Below, in pieces: positions 30,101 to 43,710 of a stretch of DNA of 64,000 nucleotides. The DNA comes from Nemertoderma westbladi (taxonomy: Eukaryota; Animalia; Xenacoelomorpha). Positions within the stretch are counted from its first letter, which is position 1. Each line of letters begins with the position of its first letter. The stretch spans positions 1-64,000 of the forward strand of contig JAUCBJ010006913.1 of the NCBI GenBank assembly GCA_032718475.1, given 5' to 3'. Under the pieces are notes generated by a model. The model worked only from the letters and a program-made list of their open reading frames with translations, made no database searches and was not told where the DNA came from. Made by a program: the position numbers and the translations under genes.

Positions 30101-33100
30101 TAGAGCCGGCCAAGACTCTACTACTGAAGTACCACTGCTATTCTGGTACACAAAAAGCATTGAAACTAAAACAAAAGAAGTGAGTAGTAGAGCCGGCCAA
30201 GACTCTACTACTGAAGTACCACCGCTATTCTGGTACACAAAAACCATTGAAACTAAAACAAAATAAGTGAGTAGTAGAGCCGGCCAAGACTCTACTACTG
30301 AAGTACCACCGCTATTCTGGTACACAAAAAGCATTGAAATTAAAACAAAAGAAGTGAGTAGTAGAGCCGGCCAAGACTCTACTACTGAAGTACCACCGCT
30401 ATTCTGGTACACAAAAACCATTGAAACTAAAACAAAATAAGTGAGTAGTAGAGCCGGCCAAGACTCTACTACTGAAGTACCACCGCTATTCTGGTACACA
30501 AAAACCATTGAAACTAAAACAAAATAAGTGAGTAGTAGAGCCGGCCAAGACTCTACTACTGAAGTACCACCGCTATTCTGGTAAACAAAAACCATTGAAA
30601 CTAAAACAAAATAAGTGAGTAGTAGAGCCGGCCAAGACTCTACTACTGAAGTACCACCGCTATTCTGGTACACAAAAACCATTGAAACTAAAACAAAATA
30701 AGTGAGTAGTAGAGCCGGCCAAGACTCTACTACTGAAGTACCACCGCTATTCTGGTACACAAAAACCATTGAAACTAAAACAAAATAAGTGAGTAGTAGA
30801 GCCGGCCAAGACTCTACTACTGAAGTACCACTGCTATTCTGGTACACAAAAACCATTGAAACTAAAACAAAATAAGTGAGTAATAGAGCCGGCCAAGACT
30901 CTACTACTGAAGTACCACCGCTATTCTGGTACACAAAAAGCATTGAAACTAAAACAAAAGAAGTGAGTAGTAGAGCCGGCCAAGACTCTACTACTGAAGT
31001 ACCACCGCTATTCTGGTACACAAAAAGCATTGAAACTAAAACAAAATAAGTGAGTAGTAGAGCCGGCCAAGACTCTACTACTGAAGTACCACCGCTATTC
31101 TGGTACACAAAAAGCATTGAAACTAAAACAAAAGAAGTGAGTAGTAGAGCCGGCCAAGACTCTACTACTGAAGTACCACCGCTATTCTGGTACACAAAAA
31201 GCATTGAAACTAAAACAAAAGAAGTGAGTAATAGAGCCGGCCAAGACTCTACTACTGAAGTACCACTGCTATTCTGGTACACAAAAAGCATTGAAATTAA
31301 AACAAAAGAAGTGAGTAGTAGAGCCGGCCAAGACTCTACTACTGAAGTACCACCGCTATTCTGGTACACAAAAACCATTGAAACTAAAACAAAATAAGTG
31401 AGTAGTAGAGCCGGCCAAGACTCTACTACTGAAGTACCACCGCTATTCTGGTACACAAAAAGCATTGAAATTAAAACAAAATAAGTGAGTAGTAGAGCCG
31501 GCCAAGACTCTACTACTGAAGTACCACCGCTATTCTGGAACACAAAAAGCAATGAAACTAAAACAAAAGAAGTGAGTAGTAGAGCCGGCCAAGACTCTAC
31601 TACTGAAGTACCACCGCTATTCTGGTACACAAAAACCATTGAAACTAAAACAAAATAAGTGAGTAGTAGAGCCGGCCAAGACTCTACTACTGAAGTACCA
31701 CCGCTATTCTGGTACACAAAAACCATTGAAACTAAAACAAAAGAAGTGAGTAGTAGAGCCGGCCAAGACTCTACTACTGAAGTACCACCGCTATTCTGGT
31801 ACACAAAAACCATTGAAACTAAAACAAAATAAGTGAGTAGTAGAGCCGGCCAAGACTCTACTACTGAAGTACCACCGCTATTCTGGTACACAAAAAGCAT
31901 TGAAACTAAAACAAAAGAAGTGAGTAGTAGAGCCGGCCAAGACTCTACTACTGAAGTACCACCGCTATTCTGGTACACAAAAACCATTGAAACTAAAACA
32001 AAAGAAGTGAGTAGTAGAGCCGGCCAAGACTCTACTACTGAAGTACCACCGCTATTCTGGTACACAAAAACCATTGAAACTAAAACAAAATAAGTGAGTA
32101 GTAGAGCCGGCCAAGACTCTACTACTGAAGTACCACCGCTATTCTGGTACACAAAAACCATTGAAACTAAAACAAAATAAGTGAGTAGTAGAGCCGGCCA
32201 AGACTCTACTACTGAAGTACCACCGCTATTCTGGTACACAAAAAGCATTGAAACTAAAACAAAAGAAGTGAGTAGTAGAGCCGGCCAAGACTCTACTACT
32301 GAAGTACCACCGCTACTTTGGTACACAAAAACCATTGAAACTAAAACAAAATAAGTGAGTAGTAGAGCCGGCCAAGACTCTACTACTGAAGTACCACCGC
32401 TATTCTGGTACACAAAAACCATTGAAACTAAAACAAAATAAGTGAGTAATAGAGCCGGCCAAGACTCTACTACTGAAGTACCACCGCTATTCTGGTACAC
32501 AAAAAGCATTGAAACTAAAACAAAAGAAGTGAGTAGTAGAGCCGGCCAAGACTCTACTACTGAAGTACCACCGCTATTCTGGTACACAAAAAGCATTGAA
32601 ACTAAAACAAAAGAAGTGAGTAGTAGAGCCGGCCAAGACTCTACTACTGAAGTACCACCGCTATTCTGGTACACAAAAAGCATTGAAACTAAAACAAAAG
32701 AAGTGAGTAGTAGAGCCGGCCAAGACTCTACTACTGAAGTACCACCGCTATTCTGGTACACAAAAAGCATTGAAACTAAAACAAAAGAAGTGAGTAATAG
32801 AGCCGGCCAAGACTCTACTACTGAAGTACCACTGCTATTCTGGTACACAAAAAGCATTGAAATTAAAACAAAAGAAGTGAGTAGTAGAGCCGGCCAAGAC
32901 TCTACTACTGAAGTACCACCGCTATTCTGGTACACAAAAAGCATTGAAACTAAAACAAAAGAAGTGAGTAGTAGAGCCGGCCAAGACTCTACTCCTGAAG
33001 TACCACCGCTATTCTGGTACACAAAAACCATTGAAACTAAAACAAAAGAAGTGAGTAGTAGAGCCGGCCAAGACTCTACTACTGAAGTACCACCGCTATT

Positions 33101-36100
33101 CTGGTACACAAAAAGCATTGAAACTAAAACAAAAGAAGTGAGTAGTAGAGCCGGCCAAGACTCTACTCCTGAAGTACCACGGCTATTCTGGTACACAAAA
33201 AGCATTGAAACTAAAACAAAATAAGTGAGTAGTAGAGCCGGCCAAGACTCTACTACTGAAGTACCACCGCTATTCTGGTACACAAAAAACATTGAAATTA
33301 AAACAAAAGAAGTGAGTAGTAGAGCCGGCCAAGACTCTACTACTGAAGTACCACCGCTATTCTGGTACACAAAAAGCATTGAAACTAAAACAAAAGAAGT
33401 GAGTAGTAGAGCCGGCCAAGACTCTACTACTGAAGTACCACCGCTATTCTGGTACACAAAAAGCATTGAAACTAAAACAAAAGAAGTGAGTAGTAGAGCC
33501 GGCCAAGACTCTACTACTGAAGTACCACCGCTATTCTGGTACACAAAAAGCATTGAAACTAAAACAAAAGAAGTGAGTAGTAGAGCCGGCCAAGACTCTA
33601 CTACTGAAGTACCACCGCTATTCTGGTACACAAAAAGCATTGAAACTAAAACAAAAGAAGTGAGTAGTAGAGCCGGCCAAGACTCTACTACTGAAGTACC
33701 ACCGCTATTCTGGTACACAAAAAGCATTGAAACTAAAACAAAATAAGTGAGTAGTAGAGCCGGCCAAGACTCTACTACTGAAGTACCACCGCTATTCTGG
33801 TACACAAAAAGCATTGAAACTAAAACAAAAGAAGTGAGTAGTAGAGCCGGCCAAGACTCTACTACTGAAGTACCACCGCTATTCTGGTACACAAAAAGCA
33901 TTGAAACTAAAACAAAATAAGTGAGTAGTAGAGCCGGCCAAGACTCTACTACTGAAGTACCACCGCTATTCTGGTACACAAAAAGCATTGAAACTAAAAC
34001 AAAAGAAGTGAGTAGTAGAGCCGGCCAAGACTCTACTACTGAAGTACCACCGCTATTCTGGTACACAAAAAGCATTGAAACTAAAACAAAAGAAGTGAGT
34101 AGTAGAGCCGGCCAAGACTCTACTACTGAAGTACCACCGCTATTCTGGTACACAAAAAGCATTGAAACTAAAACAAAAGAAGTGAGTAGTAGAGCCGGCC
34201 AAGACTCTACTACTGAAGTACCACCGCTATTCTGGTACACAAAAAGCATTGAAACTAAAACAAAAGAAGTGAGTAGTAGAGCCGGCCAAGACTCTACTAC
34301 TGAAGTACCACCGCTATTCTGGTACACAAAAAGCATTGAAACTAAAACAAAAGAAGTGAGTAGTAGAGCCGGCCAAGACTCTACTACTGAAGTACCACCG
34401 CTATTCTGGTACACAAAAAGCATTGAAATTAAAACAAAAGAAGTGAGTAGTAGAGCCGGCCAAGACTCTACTACTGAAGTACCACCGCTATTCTGGTACA
34501 CAAAAAGCATTGAAACTAAAACAAAAGAAGTGAGTAGTAGAGCCGGCCAAGACTCTACTCCTGAAGTACCACCGCTATTCTGGTACACAAAAACCATTGA
34601 AACTAAAACAAAAGAAGTGAGTAGTAGAGCCGGCCAAGACTCTACTACTGAAGTACCACCGCTATTCTGGTACACAAAAAGCATTGAAACTAAAACAAAA
34701 GAAGTGAGTAGTAGAGCCGGCCAAGACTCTACTCCTGAAGTACCACGGCTATTCTGGTACACAAAAAGCATTGAAACTAAAACAAAATAAGTGAGTAGTA
34801 GAGCCGGCCAAGACTCTACTACTGAAGTACCACCGCTATTCTGGTACACAAAAAGCATTGAAATTAAAACAAAAGAAGTGAGTAGTAGAGCCGGCCAAGA
34901 CTCTACTACTGAAGTACCACCGCTATTCTGGTACACAAAAAGCATTGAAACTAAAACAAAAGAAGTGAGTAGTAGAGCCGGCCAAGACTCTACTACTGAA
35001 GTACCACCGCTATTCTGGTACACAAAAAGCATTGAAACTAAAACAAAAGAAGTGAGTAGTAGAGCCGGCCAAGACTCTACTACTGAAGTACCACCGCTAT
35101 TCTGGTACACAAAAAGCATTGAAACTAAAACAAAAGAAGTGAGTAGTAGAGCCGGCCAAGACTCTACTACTGAAGTACCACCGCTATTCTGGTACACAAA
35201 AAGCATTGAAACTAAAACAAAAGAAGTGAGTAGTAGAGCCGGCCAAGACTCTACTACTGAAGTACCACCGCTATTCTGGTACACAAAAAGCATTGAAACT
35301 AAAACAAAAGAAGTGAGTAATAGAGCCGGCCAAGACTCTACTACTGAAGTACCACTGCTATTCTGGTACACAAAAAGCATTGAAATTAAAACAAAAGAAG
35401 TGAGTAGTAGAGCCGGCCAAGACTCTACTACTGAAGTACCACCGCTATTCTGGTACACAAAAAGCATTGAAACTAAAACAAAAGAAGTGAGTAGTAGAGC
35501 CGGCCAAGACTCTACTCCTGAAGTACCACCGCTATTCTGGTACACAAAAACCATTGAAACTAAAACAAAAGAAGTGAGTAGTAGAGCCGGCCAAGACTCT
35601 ACTACTGAAGTACCACCGCTATTCTGGTACACAAAAAGCATTGAAACTAAAACAAAAGAAGTGAGTAGTAGAGCCGGCCAAGACTCTACTCCTGAAGTAC
35701 CACGGCTATTCTGGTACACAAAAAGCATTGAAACTAAAACAAAATAAGTGAGTAGTAGAGCCGGCCAAGACTCTACTACTGAAGTACCACCGCTATTCTG
35801 GTACACAAAAAGCATTGAAATTAAAACAAAAGAAGTGAGTAGTAGAGCCGGCCAAGACTCTACTACTGAAGTACCACCGCTATTCTGGTACACAAAAAGC
35901 ATTGAAACTAAAACAAAAGAAGTGAGTAGTAGAGCCGGCCAAGACTCTACTACTGAAGTACCACCGCTATTCTGGTACACAAAAAGCATTGAAACTAAAA
36001 CAAAAGAAGTGAGTAGTAGAGCCGGCCAAGACTCTACTACTGAAGTACCACCGCTATTCTGGTACACAAAAAGCATTGAAACTAAAACAAAAGAAGTGAG

Positions 36101-39100
36101 TAGTAGAGCCGGCCAAGACTCTACTACTGAAGTACCACCGCTATTCTGGTACACAAAAAGCATTGAAACTAAAACAAAAGAAGTGAGTAGTAGAGCCGGC
36201 CAAGACTCTACTACTGAAGTACCACCGCTATTCTGGTACACAAAAAGCATTGAAACTAAAACAAAATAAGTGAGTAGTAGAGCCGGCCAAGACTCTACTA
36301 CTGAAGTACCACCGCTATTCTGGTACACAAAAAGCATTGAAACTAAAACAAAAGAAGTGAGTAGTAGAGCCGGCCAAGACTCTACTACTGAAGTACCACC
36401 GCTATTCTGGTACACAAAAAGCATTGAAACTAAAACAAAATAAGTGAGTAGTAGAGCCGGCCAAGACTCTACTACTGAAGTACCACCGCTATTCTGGTAC
36501 ACAAAAAGCATTGAAACTAAAACAAAAGAAGTGAGTAGTAGACCCGGCCAAGACTCTACTACTGAAGTACCACCGCTATTCTGGTACACAAAAAGCATTG
36601 AAACTAAAACAAAATAAGTGAGTAGTAGAGCCGGCCAAGACTCTACTACTGAAGTACCACCGCTATTCTGGTACACAAAAAGCATTGAAACTAAAACAAA
36701 AGAAGTGAGTAGTAGAGCCGGCCAAGACTCTACTACTGAAGTACCACCGCTATTCTGGTACACAAAAAGCATTGAAACTAAAACAAAAGAAGTGAGTAGT
36801 AGAGCCGGCCAAGACTCTACTACTGAAGTACCACCGCTATTCTGGTACACAAAAAGCATTGAAACTAAAACAAAAGAAGTGAGTAGTAGAGCCGGCCAAG
36901 ACTCTACTACTGAAGTACCACCGCTATTCTGGTACACAAAAAGCATTGAAATTAAAACAAAAGAAGTGAGTAGTAGAGCCGGCCAAGACTCTACTACTGA
37001 AGTACCACCGCTATTCTGGTACACAAAAAGCATTGAAACTAAAACAAAAGAAGTGAGTAGTAGAGCCGGCCAAGACTCTACTCCTGAAGTACCACCGCTA
37101 TTCTGGTACACAAAAACCATTGAAACTAAAACAAAAGAAGTGAGTAGTAGAGCCGGCCAAGACTCTACTACTGAAGTACCACCGCTATTCTGGTACACAA
37201 AAAGCATTGAAACTAAAACAAAAGAAGTGAGTAGTAGAGCCAGCCAAGACTCTACTCCTGAAGTACCACGGCTATTCTGGTACACAAAAAGCATTGAAAC
37301 TAAAACAAAATAAGTGAGTAGTAGAGCCGGCCAAGACTCTACTACTGAAGTACCACCGCTATTCTGGTACACAAAAAGCATTGAAATTAAAACAAAAGAA
37401 GTGAGTAGTAGAGCCGGCCAAGACTCTACTACTGAAGTACCACCGCTATTCTGGTACACAAAAAGCATTGAAACTAAAACAAAAGAAGTGAGTAGTAGAG
37501 CCGGCCAAGACTCTACTACTGAAGTACCACCGCTATTCTGGTACACAAAAAGCATTGAAACTAAAACAAAAGAAGTGAGTAGTAGAGCCGGCCAAGACTC
37601 TACTACTGAAGTACCACCGCTATTCTGGTACACAAAAAGCATTGAAACTAAAACAAAAGAAGTGAGTAGTAGAGCCGGCCAAGACTCTACTACTGAAGTA
37701 CCACCGCTATTCTGGTACACAAAAACCATTGAAACTAAAACAAAAGAAGTGAGTAGTAGAGCCGGCCAAGACTCTACTACTGAAGTACCACCGCTATTCT
37801 GGTACACAAAAACCATTGAAACTAAAACAAAATAAGTGAGTAGTAGAGCCGGCCAAGACTCTACTACTGAAGTACCACCGCTACTTTGGTACACAAAAAG
37901 CATTGAAACTAAAACAAAAGAAGTGAGTAGTAGAGCCGGCCAAGACTCTACTACTGAAGTACCACCGCTATTCTGGTACACAAAAAGCATTGAAACTAAA
38001 ACAAAAGAAGTGAGTAGTAGACCCGGCCAAGACTCTACTACTGAAGTACCACCGCTATTCTGGTACACAAAAACCATTGAAACTAAAACAAAAGATGTGA
38101 GTAGTAGAGCCGGCCAAGACTCTACTACTGAAGTACCACCGCTATTCTGGTACACAAAAACCATTGAAACTAAAACAAAAGATGTGAGTAGTAGACCCGG
38201 CCAAGACTCTACTACTGAAGTACCACCGCTACTTTGGTACACAAAAAGCATTGAAACTAAAACAAAAGATGTGAGTAGTAGAGCCGGCCAAGACTCTACT
38301 ACTGAAGTACCACCGCTACTTTGGTACACAAAAAGCATTGAAACTAAAACAAAAGAAGTGAGTAGTAGAGCCGGCCAAGACTCTACTACTGAAGTACCAC
38401 CGCTACTTTGGTACACAAAAAGCATTGAAACTAAAACAAAATAAGTGAGTAGTAGAGCCGGCCAAGACTCTACTACTGAAGTACCACCGCTATTCTGGTA
38501 CACAAAAAGCATTGAAACTAAAACAAAATAAGTGAGTAGTAGAGCCGGCCAAGACTCTACTACTGAAGTACCACCGCTATTCTGATACACAAAAAGCATT
38601 GAAACTAAAACAAAAGAAGTGAGTAGTAGAGCCGGCCAAACCTCTACTACTGAAGTACCACCGCTATTCTGGTACACAAAAAGCATTGAAACTAAAACAA
38701 AATAAGTGAGTAGTAGAGCCGGCCAAGACTCTACTACTGAAGTACCACCGCTATTCTGGTACACAAAAAGCATTGAAACTAAAACAAAAGAAGTGAGTAG
38801 TAGAGCCGGCCAAGACTCTACTACTGAAGTACCACCGCTATTCTGGTACACAAAAAGCATTGAAACTAAAACAAAAGAAGTGAGTAGTAGAGCCGGCCAA
38901 GACTCTACTACTGAAGTACCACCGCTATTCTGGTACACAAAAAGCATTGAAACTAAAACAAAAGAAGTGAGTAGTAGAGCCGGCCAAGACTCTACTACTG
39001 AAGTACCACCGCTATTCTGGTACACAAAAAGCATTGAAACTAAAACAAAAGAAGTGAGTAGTAGAGCCGGCCAAGACTCTACTACTGAAGTACCACCGCT

Positions 39101-39366
39101 ATTCTGGTACACAAAAACCATTGAAACTAAAACAAAATAAGTGAGTAGTAGAGCCGGCCAAGACTCTACTACTGAAGTACCACCGCTATTCTGGTACACA
39201 AAAACCATTGAAACTAAAACAAAATAAGTGAGTAGTAGAGCCGGCCAAGACTCTACTACTGAAGTACCACCGCTACTTTGGTACACAAAAAGCATTGAAA
39301 CTAAAACAAAAGATGTGAGTAGTAGAGCCGGCCAAGACTCTACTACTGAAGTACCACCGCTATTCT
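24144..39366. repeat. 87-bp satellite, left block, about 175 copies
   Basis: Unit TACACAAAAAGCATTGAAACTAAAACAAAAGAAGTGAGTAGTAGAGCCGGCCAAGACTCTACTACTGAAGTACCACCGCTATTCTGG; 29-aa periodicity in the ORF track. Confidence 0.99.
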
Positions 39367-39540
39367 TTCCCGTCTCTTAGTATAATATATTTAGTTAAAC
39401 TATATCTATAGCTAATAAATATAACAAATTCACATAGTTGAAAATTATTACGAGATCAAAAATTATATATAGAGTTACACACAAAAAAAAAAAATCATTA
39501 ACATCAGTTTCTTCGTGGTCTTGTCTGCACTCGTTGTGGT

Positions 39541-42500
39541 CTACGGCGGTGGGGCAACATCCGCATTCGCATGCACAATGGCTATGTCTGCAACTGAATT
39601 TGTGCAGCGAATGGGTCGTCTAGCAGCCGACCGGTGTCCACGGAGACACATGAGGGCCGACCGCAACAACGCGAAGTTCAACTTTCGCCGAACCCATGTG
39701 ATGCACTCCGCATACCGCGTTTCTCTCTTCTCCGCCAGGCGGTGCGCCAACCGCTTCACCAGATGTATGGCTGAAGGCGCCATACCACCAAACGCAGAAA
39801 ATATCAGAGGCGTGAAGGTGGCGTGTTCCACCTCCCTCACTCGTTCCTGATACTTTAGGTTCTTCCGCGCTTCATGGTAAAGGTGGGCTGACGGTAGGGA
39901 CATGGCAGCATTAGTTTCTGCCAGTGGATTGAAGACTGAGACGTCTAGGAACGTCTTCTGGAACCGATTGCCCCAGAAGCCGCTCACTGAGACGTCCAAT
40001 CTCGCCAGCTGGTCCGTTGAAGTGCTGCGGTGTTCAAACTGCTCGCCCGTTAGCGGTTGGAGGACTGGCTCCACAGCCACATTATGTGACACCTCCGTCA
40101 GAGCATCAGCGACAAAGTCCCGGATCTCGTTGTACCTGATGGAAGGAAATCCTCCAGTGGGGCACGACAGAACGTGGGTAGGAGAAAATCGCTCCCCACA
40201 GACACAACGAGACGGTAGAGACTTTGGTATCCACCCATATCGGAGGCACAGGGCATCCCTGAATTCACCCTTGTCCAGGTGGGTGTCCTGGAGGATGAGT
40301 GGCTTGGTGTTGAGCCAGATACCTTTTCGGTGGTCAGTCCGTGGAGCCGCCGCTGGGGAGGAGATAATATTCCCACCACTTCCTCTCTCTTTTCCATCGA
40401 CTGGAGCAGCGCCTCTACCTTCAACCTGCCCACCACCTCCGTTTGTTTCTCCCGGACCTGCGCCATTGTATCTGGTGTGGCGCTGATGAATGGCTCACAG
40501 ACCCGAAGCGAGCTGGTATACTGATGTGACAGGTCAGTGGGCACCGGAATGCCAATACCCCCGTCACGGACTGGCAGGGAAAGTAACAGGCGTTCCTCTT
40601 TTGAGATGGCTGGCCGATCGGTGAGACGGCAAAGGAATCGATTTACAGCCTCCTCCAACAGGGTGAGATGGGCTGGCGCGGTGGATACAACACGGGTGAT
40701 GAACCGCCACCGACAGGCAAGGCCAAACGCGAGGCCCGCGTACGCACAGTGGGGGTCCACTGCTGCCACCCCTGCGAGACGATCCACTTCCATGGCGAAC
40801 TCCTGAGCCTTCTCTTCTAGGAACGTGGTGCAATACTCCTCAGTGCCAACAACCCCGCCGAGTAGCTCATGGCCTGTCGTGTTGATGGTGACACCAGTAT
40901 TGGCGAAAAGAATCTCAGCCTCTTCCAACATTGCTGGTTTCACTGTGAGGTGACACTTGGATGGGAAGTAGCCGAAGAGAGGACCCCTTGTGGTAGCGAC
41001 CTCTAGGAAGGCCCGTAGGTCAGTGAGTTTTCCTGCCGCATTGCCATCATCCGCATACCACCGCTGTGTGGCCTTGCTTGCATGTCCCAACTCAGCTAAT
41101 AGTGGCATAATGGAGCACCCATACATCGCCATGGCAATGGGGTCACCCTGTGTGGTCCCCTTTTCAGAGAGCAACGTCTCCCCTCCCACAAAGAGTCGAG
41201 CTGGTTCGCTGTAGCAATTGGTGACTACGGTGAGAAGGGCAGGGCAGACAACTCCAATGTTGTGGAGGGCAGCCGAACGGTTCAGTACGTTGAAGGCATT
41301 TGTAGCGTCTATCTGTAGAACCCCGTCACAGTCGTCCGAGTCCCACTCCATCGTGAGGCTGTGGATGGCGAATTCAATGCCAGCCTTCTGACCCAGACAG
41401 AGTTGGGTGTTCCCACCGACAGACTCAAGATCCTGACGGATACAATGGGTGATAGATTTACCTATGACGCGGCGCAACACCTCACCTATCCCTATGGGTC
41501 TGACGCCCGGGTTTTTGTCCAGTGCAATAAGTCTGGCAGACAGTAGCGCAGATAGAGACCCCTGAGAAGTCTTGGTCTGTGCGAGTTGTTTCGCCAAGTC
41601 TGCGATCCTCTCACCCAGCTCGGAAGACTGTGTCCGAAACCGGGTAAGGAGGTGCTTCCAACCCTGAACATCAACTCCCGATGGACCAGCGGCGTTTCCC
41701 TTCATTCTAAGCAAGCTCCCAAGGATGAGCTTCCCATCGATCGCCTCAAACACAACGCTGTGGTGCTGTGGCGCCTCAGGGAAATGCGATAGCAGGGTCG
41801 ACTCGTCTACGGGCTGCGCTGGAGGATGTTTCGCTCGCAGAACATCCCGGACCACCTTGGTTTTCCCATCTTTGTCCGTGAATGAGTCATTCAGACTCAG
41901 TGGAGAACCGCGGTGTAACTGTCCAAGAACTCTCGTCGCCGCCGAAATATTCCCAGTCAGCATGTGGCGGGTGAACGCCTTCTGGAGTGCTACGTCCTGA
42001 GAGGCTGGGGGTCGTCGCTTAGGAAGGTGTGTCTGAATGGCCCTGGCCTCCACCATGAGTTCGTCGAATTTTGCTTCCCTCCAGCTCACTAGACGGCGTT
42101 GGAGAATGTGCCGGTGTGTGGCCGTGGTGGAAGACCGACTCGGTTTCTGTAAGAGGAGAGCTGGCAATATCATCATTGCCATGAGGGCGACCTCATGTAG
42201 GGGATTTTCACTGATTGCCAGCGCCAACAACCGAGAAATCTCTGCCACCAATTCTCTACCCACGGCCCCCTGAGGAACCAGGAATAGGTTTGGCTGCCAG
42301 TGTACTATGCTGTTGTACACTGTGTTGATTGACTCTATTATTTGGTGCCTGGGCAAGGATTCATTGAACCATACTGCGGAGTCGACTCGACTTGTTGAAG
42401 TGAGTACAACACTGGACAGGGAGGATGGCAGAGGTCGACCGATAGATGCCGAGGGTGCCAACTGGACTGGTGGGGGACCCGGCTGGATTGCTGGGGGACC

Positions 42501-43550
42501 CGACCGGACTGAAGGGGGACCCGACTGGTCTGAAGGGGGACCCGACTGGACTGCTGGGGGACCCGACTGGACTCCTGAGGGACCCGACTGGTCTGATGGG
42601 GGACCTGACTGGACTGAAGGGGGACCCGACTGGACTGCTGGGGGACCCGACTGGACTCCTGAGGGACCCGACTGGTCTGATGGGGGACCCGACTGGACTG
42701 ATGGGGGACCCGACTGGACTGCTGGGGGACCCGACTGGACTCCCGAGGGACCTGACTGGTCTGAAGGGGGACCCGACTGGACTGCTGGGGGACCCGACTG
42801 GACTCCCGAGGGACCCGACTGGTCTGATGGGGGACCCGACTGGGACTGCTGGGCGACCCGACTGGACTGGACATATGGGGGACCCGACTGGACTGATGGG
42901 GGACCCGACTGGACTGCTGGGCGCACCGACTGGACTGATGGGGGACCCAACTGGACTGGTGGGGGACCCAACTGGACTGATGGGGGACCCGACTGGACTG
43001 CTGGGTGCACCGACTGGACTGCAGGGGGACCCGACTGGACTGAAGGGGGACCAGACTGGACTGCTGAGGGAACGGACTGGACTGCTCGGGGATCTGAAAA
43101 GTTCGGGGTCTGAAGTATAACGTCTTTAACTGCTGACCCCAAAGCAGACCCTGTACCGGGGCTCCGAATCCTAGATATGATGGCACTGGCCCTCGCTCGT
43201 GCTGCGCCCGGAGACCAAACTGGAGAGTTCAATGATGCTGACGCACTGGCAGCTAGCGGATTATCCTGGACGATCGGGGATCCACCCAGTATAGTTTCGT
43301 CCTGATCCATCAATGTATCGTCCGCTGGACTTTCCAAAGCTGCGCAAGAGTTAAGCGGCTGTGAGACTGACGTCTGGGAGAACGAAGGTCGTTTGTGGCG
43401 ATCCGGTAGAGGTTGAGAGGAAGGGTGCTGGCTGTTCTCGCAATTGCCGTTTCTTCCTGGGGCACACGATAAGCACCGCAAGCTATTCCTGACGCATATA
43501 CATTTCTTGCAGCGCCCGGACCGTCCATTGCAGCCGCAACAAGCTGCCAT
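39541..43550 (-). pseudogene. Single polyprotein ORF of the CRE-like element (CXC-like domain, heptad linker, RT, Zn knuckle, RLE) with a frameshift at ~40320
   Basis: Probable ATG at 43550 (MAACCGC). After TTEK the protein-like sequence continues in another frame (WLNTKPLILQDTHLDKGEFRDALCLRYGW...CVCGERFSPTHVLSC) that is contiguous with ORF 39541..40092. Confidence 0.85.
42455..43090 (-). repeat. Coding 21-bp tandem repeat (PPSVQSG-type heptads, about 30 copies) inside the CRE-like ORF
   Basis: gggggacccgactggactg periodicity; PPSVQSG/PPAVQSG/PSDQSG in translation. Confidence 0.95.
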
Positions 43551-43710
43551 CAAAACGCCGGCTGCAGTGACGCGTTCACTCGAATAGAGAGGCGACACAA
43601 TCAGAAATATATAATTTGGCGCCACAAAGTCTGACAGTTGTCAAGGCAGTAGTCAGTACAGCAGTACAGTTCAGTACCAATTACGCAGAGTTATTCCAAT
43701 CCAGCTGCTA

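Larger units (their letters stand above)
39367..43710 (-). mobile_element. Apparently full-length CRE-like non-LTR retrotransposon (RT plus restriction-like endonuclease) inserted in the 87-bp satellite
   Basis: RT motifs LIALDKNPGVRPIGIGEVLRR, DATNAFN, GTTQGDP, WYADD; C-terminal CVC...H...C knuckle and RLD...FLDV endonuclease motif; satellite on both sides. Confidence 0.88.

Noticed and set aside
42307-43186. Alternative-frame ORFs (GGPDWT, GDPTGLL and QSSRVP repeats)
   Set aside because: Shadow frames of the 21-bp coding repeat in the retrotransposon ORF
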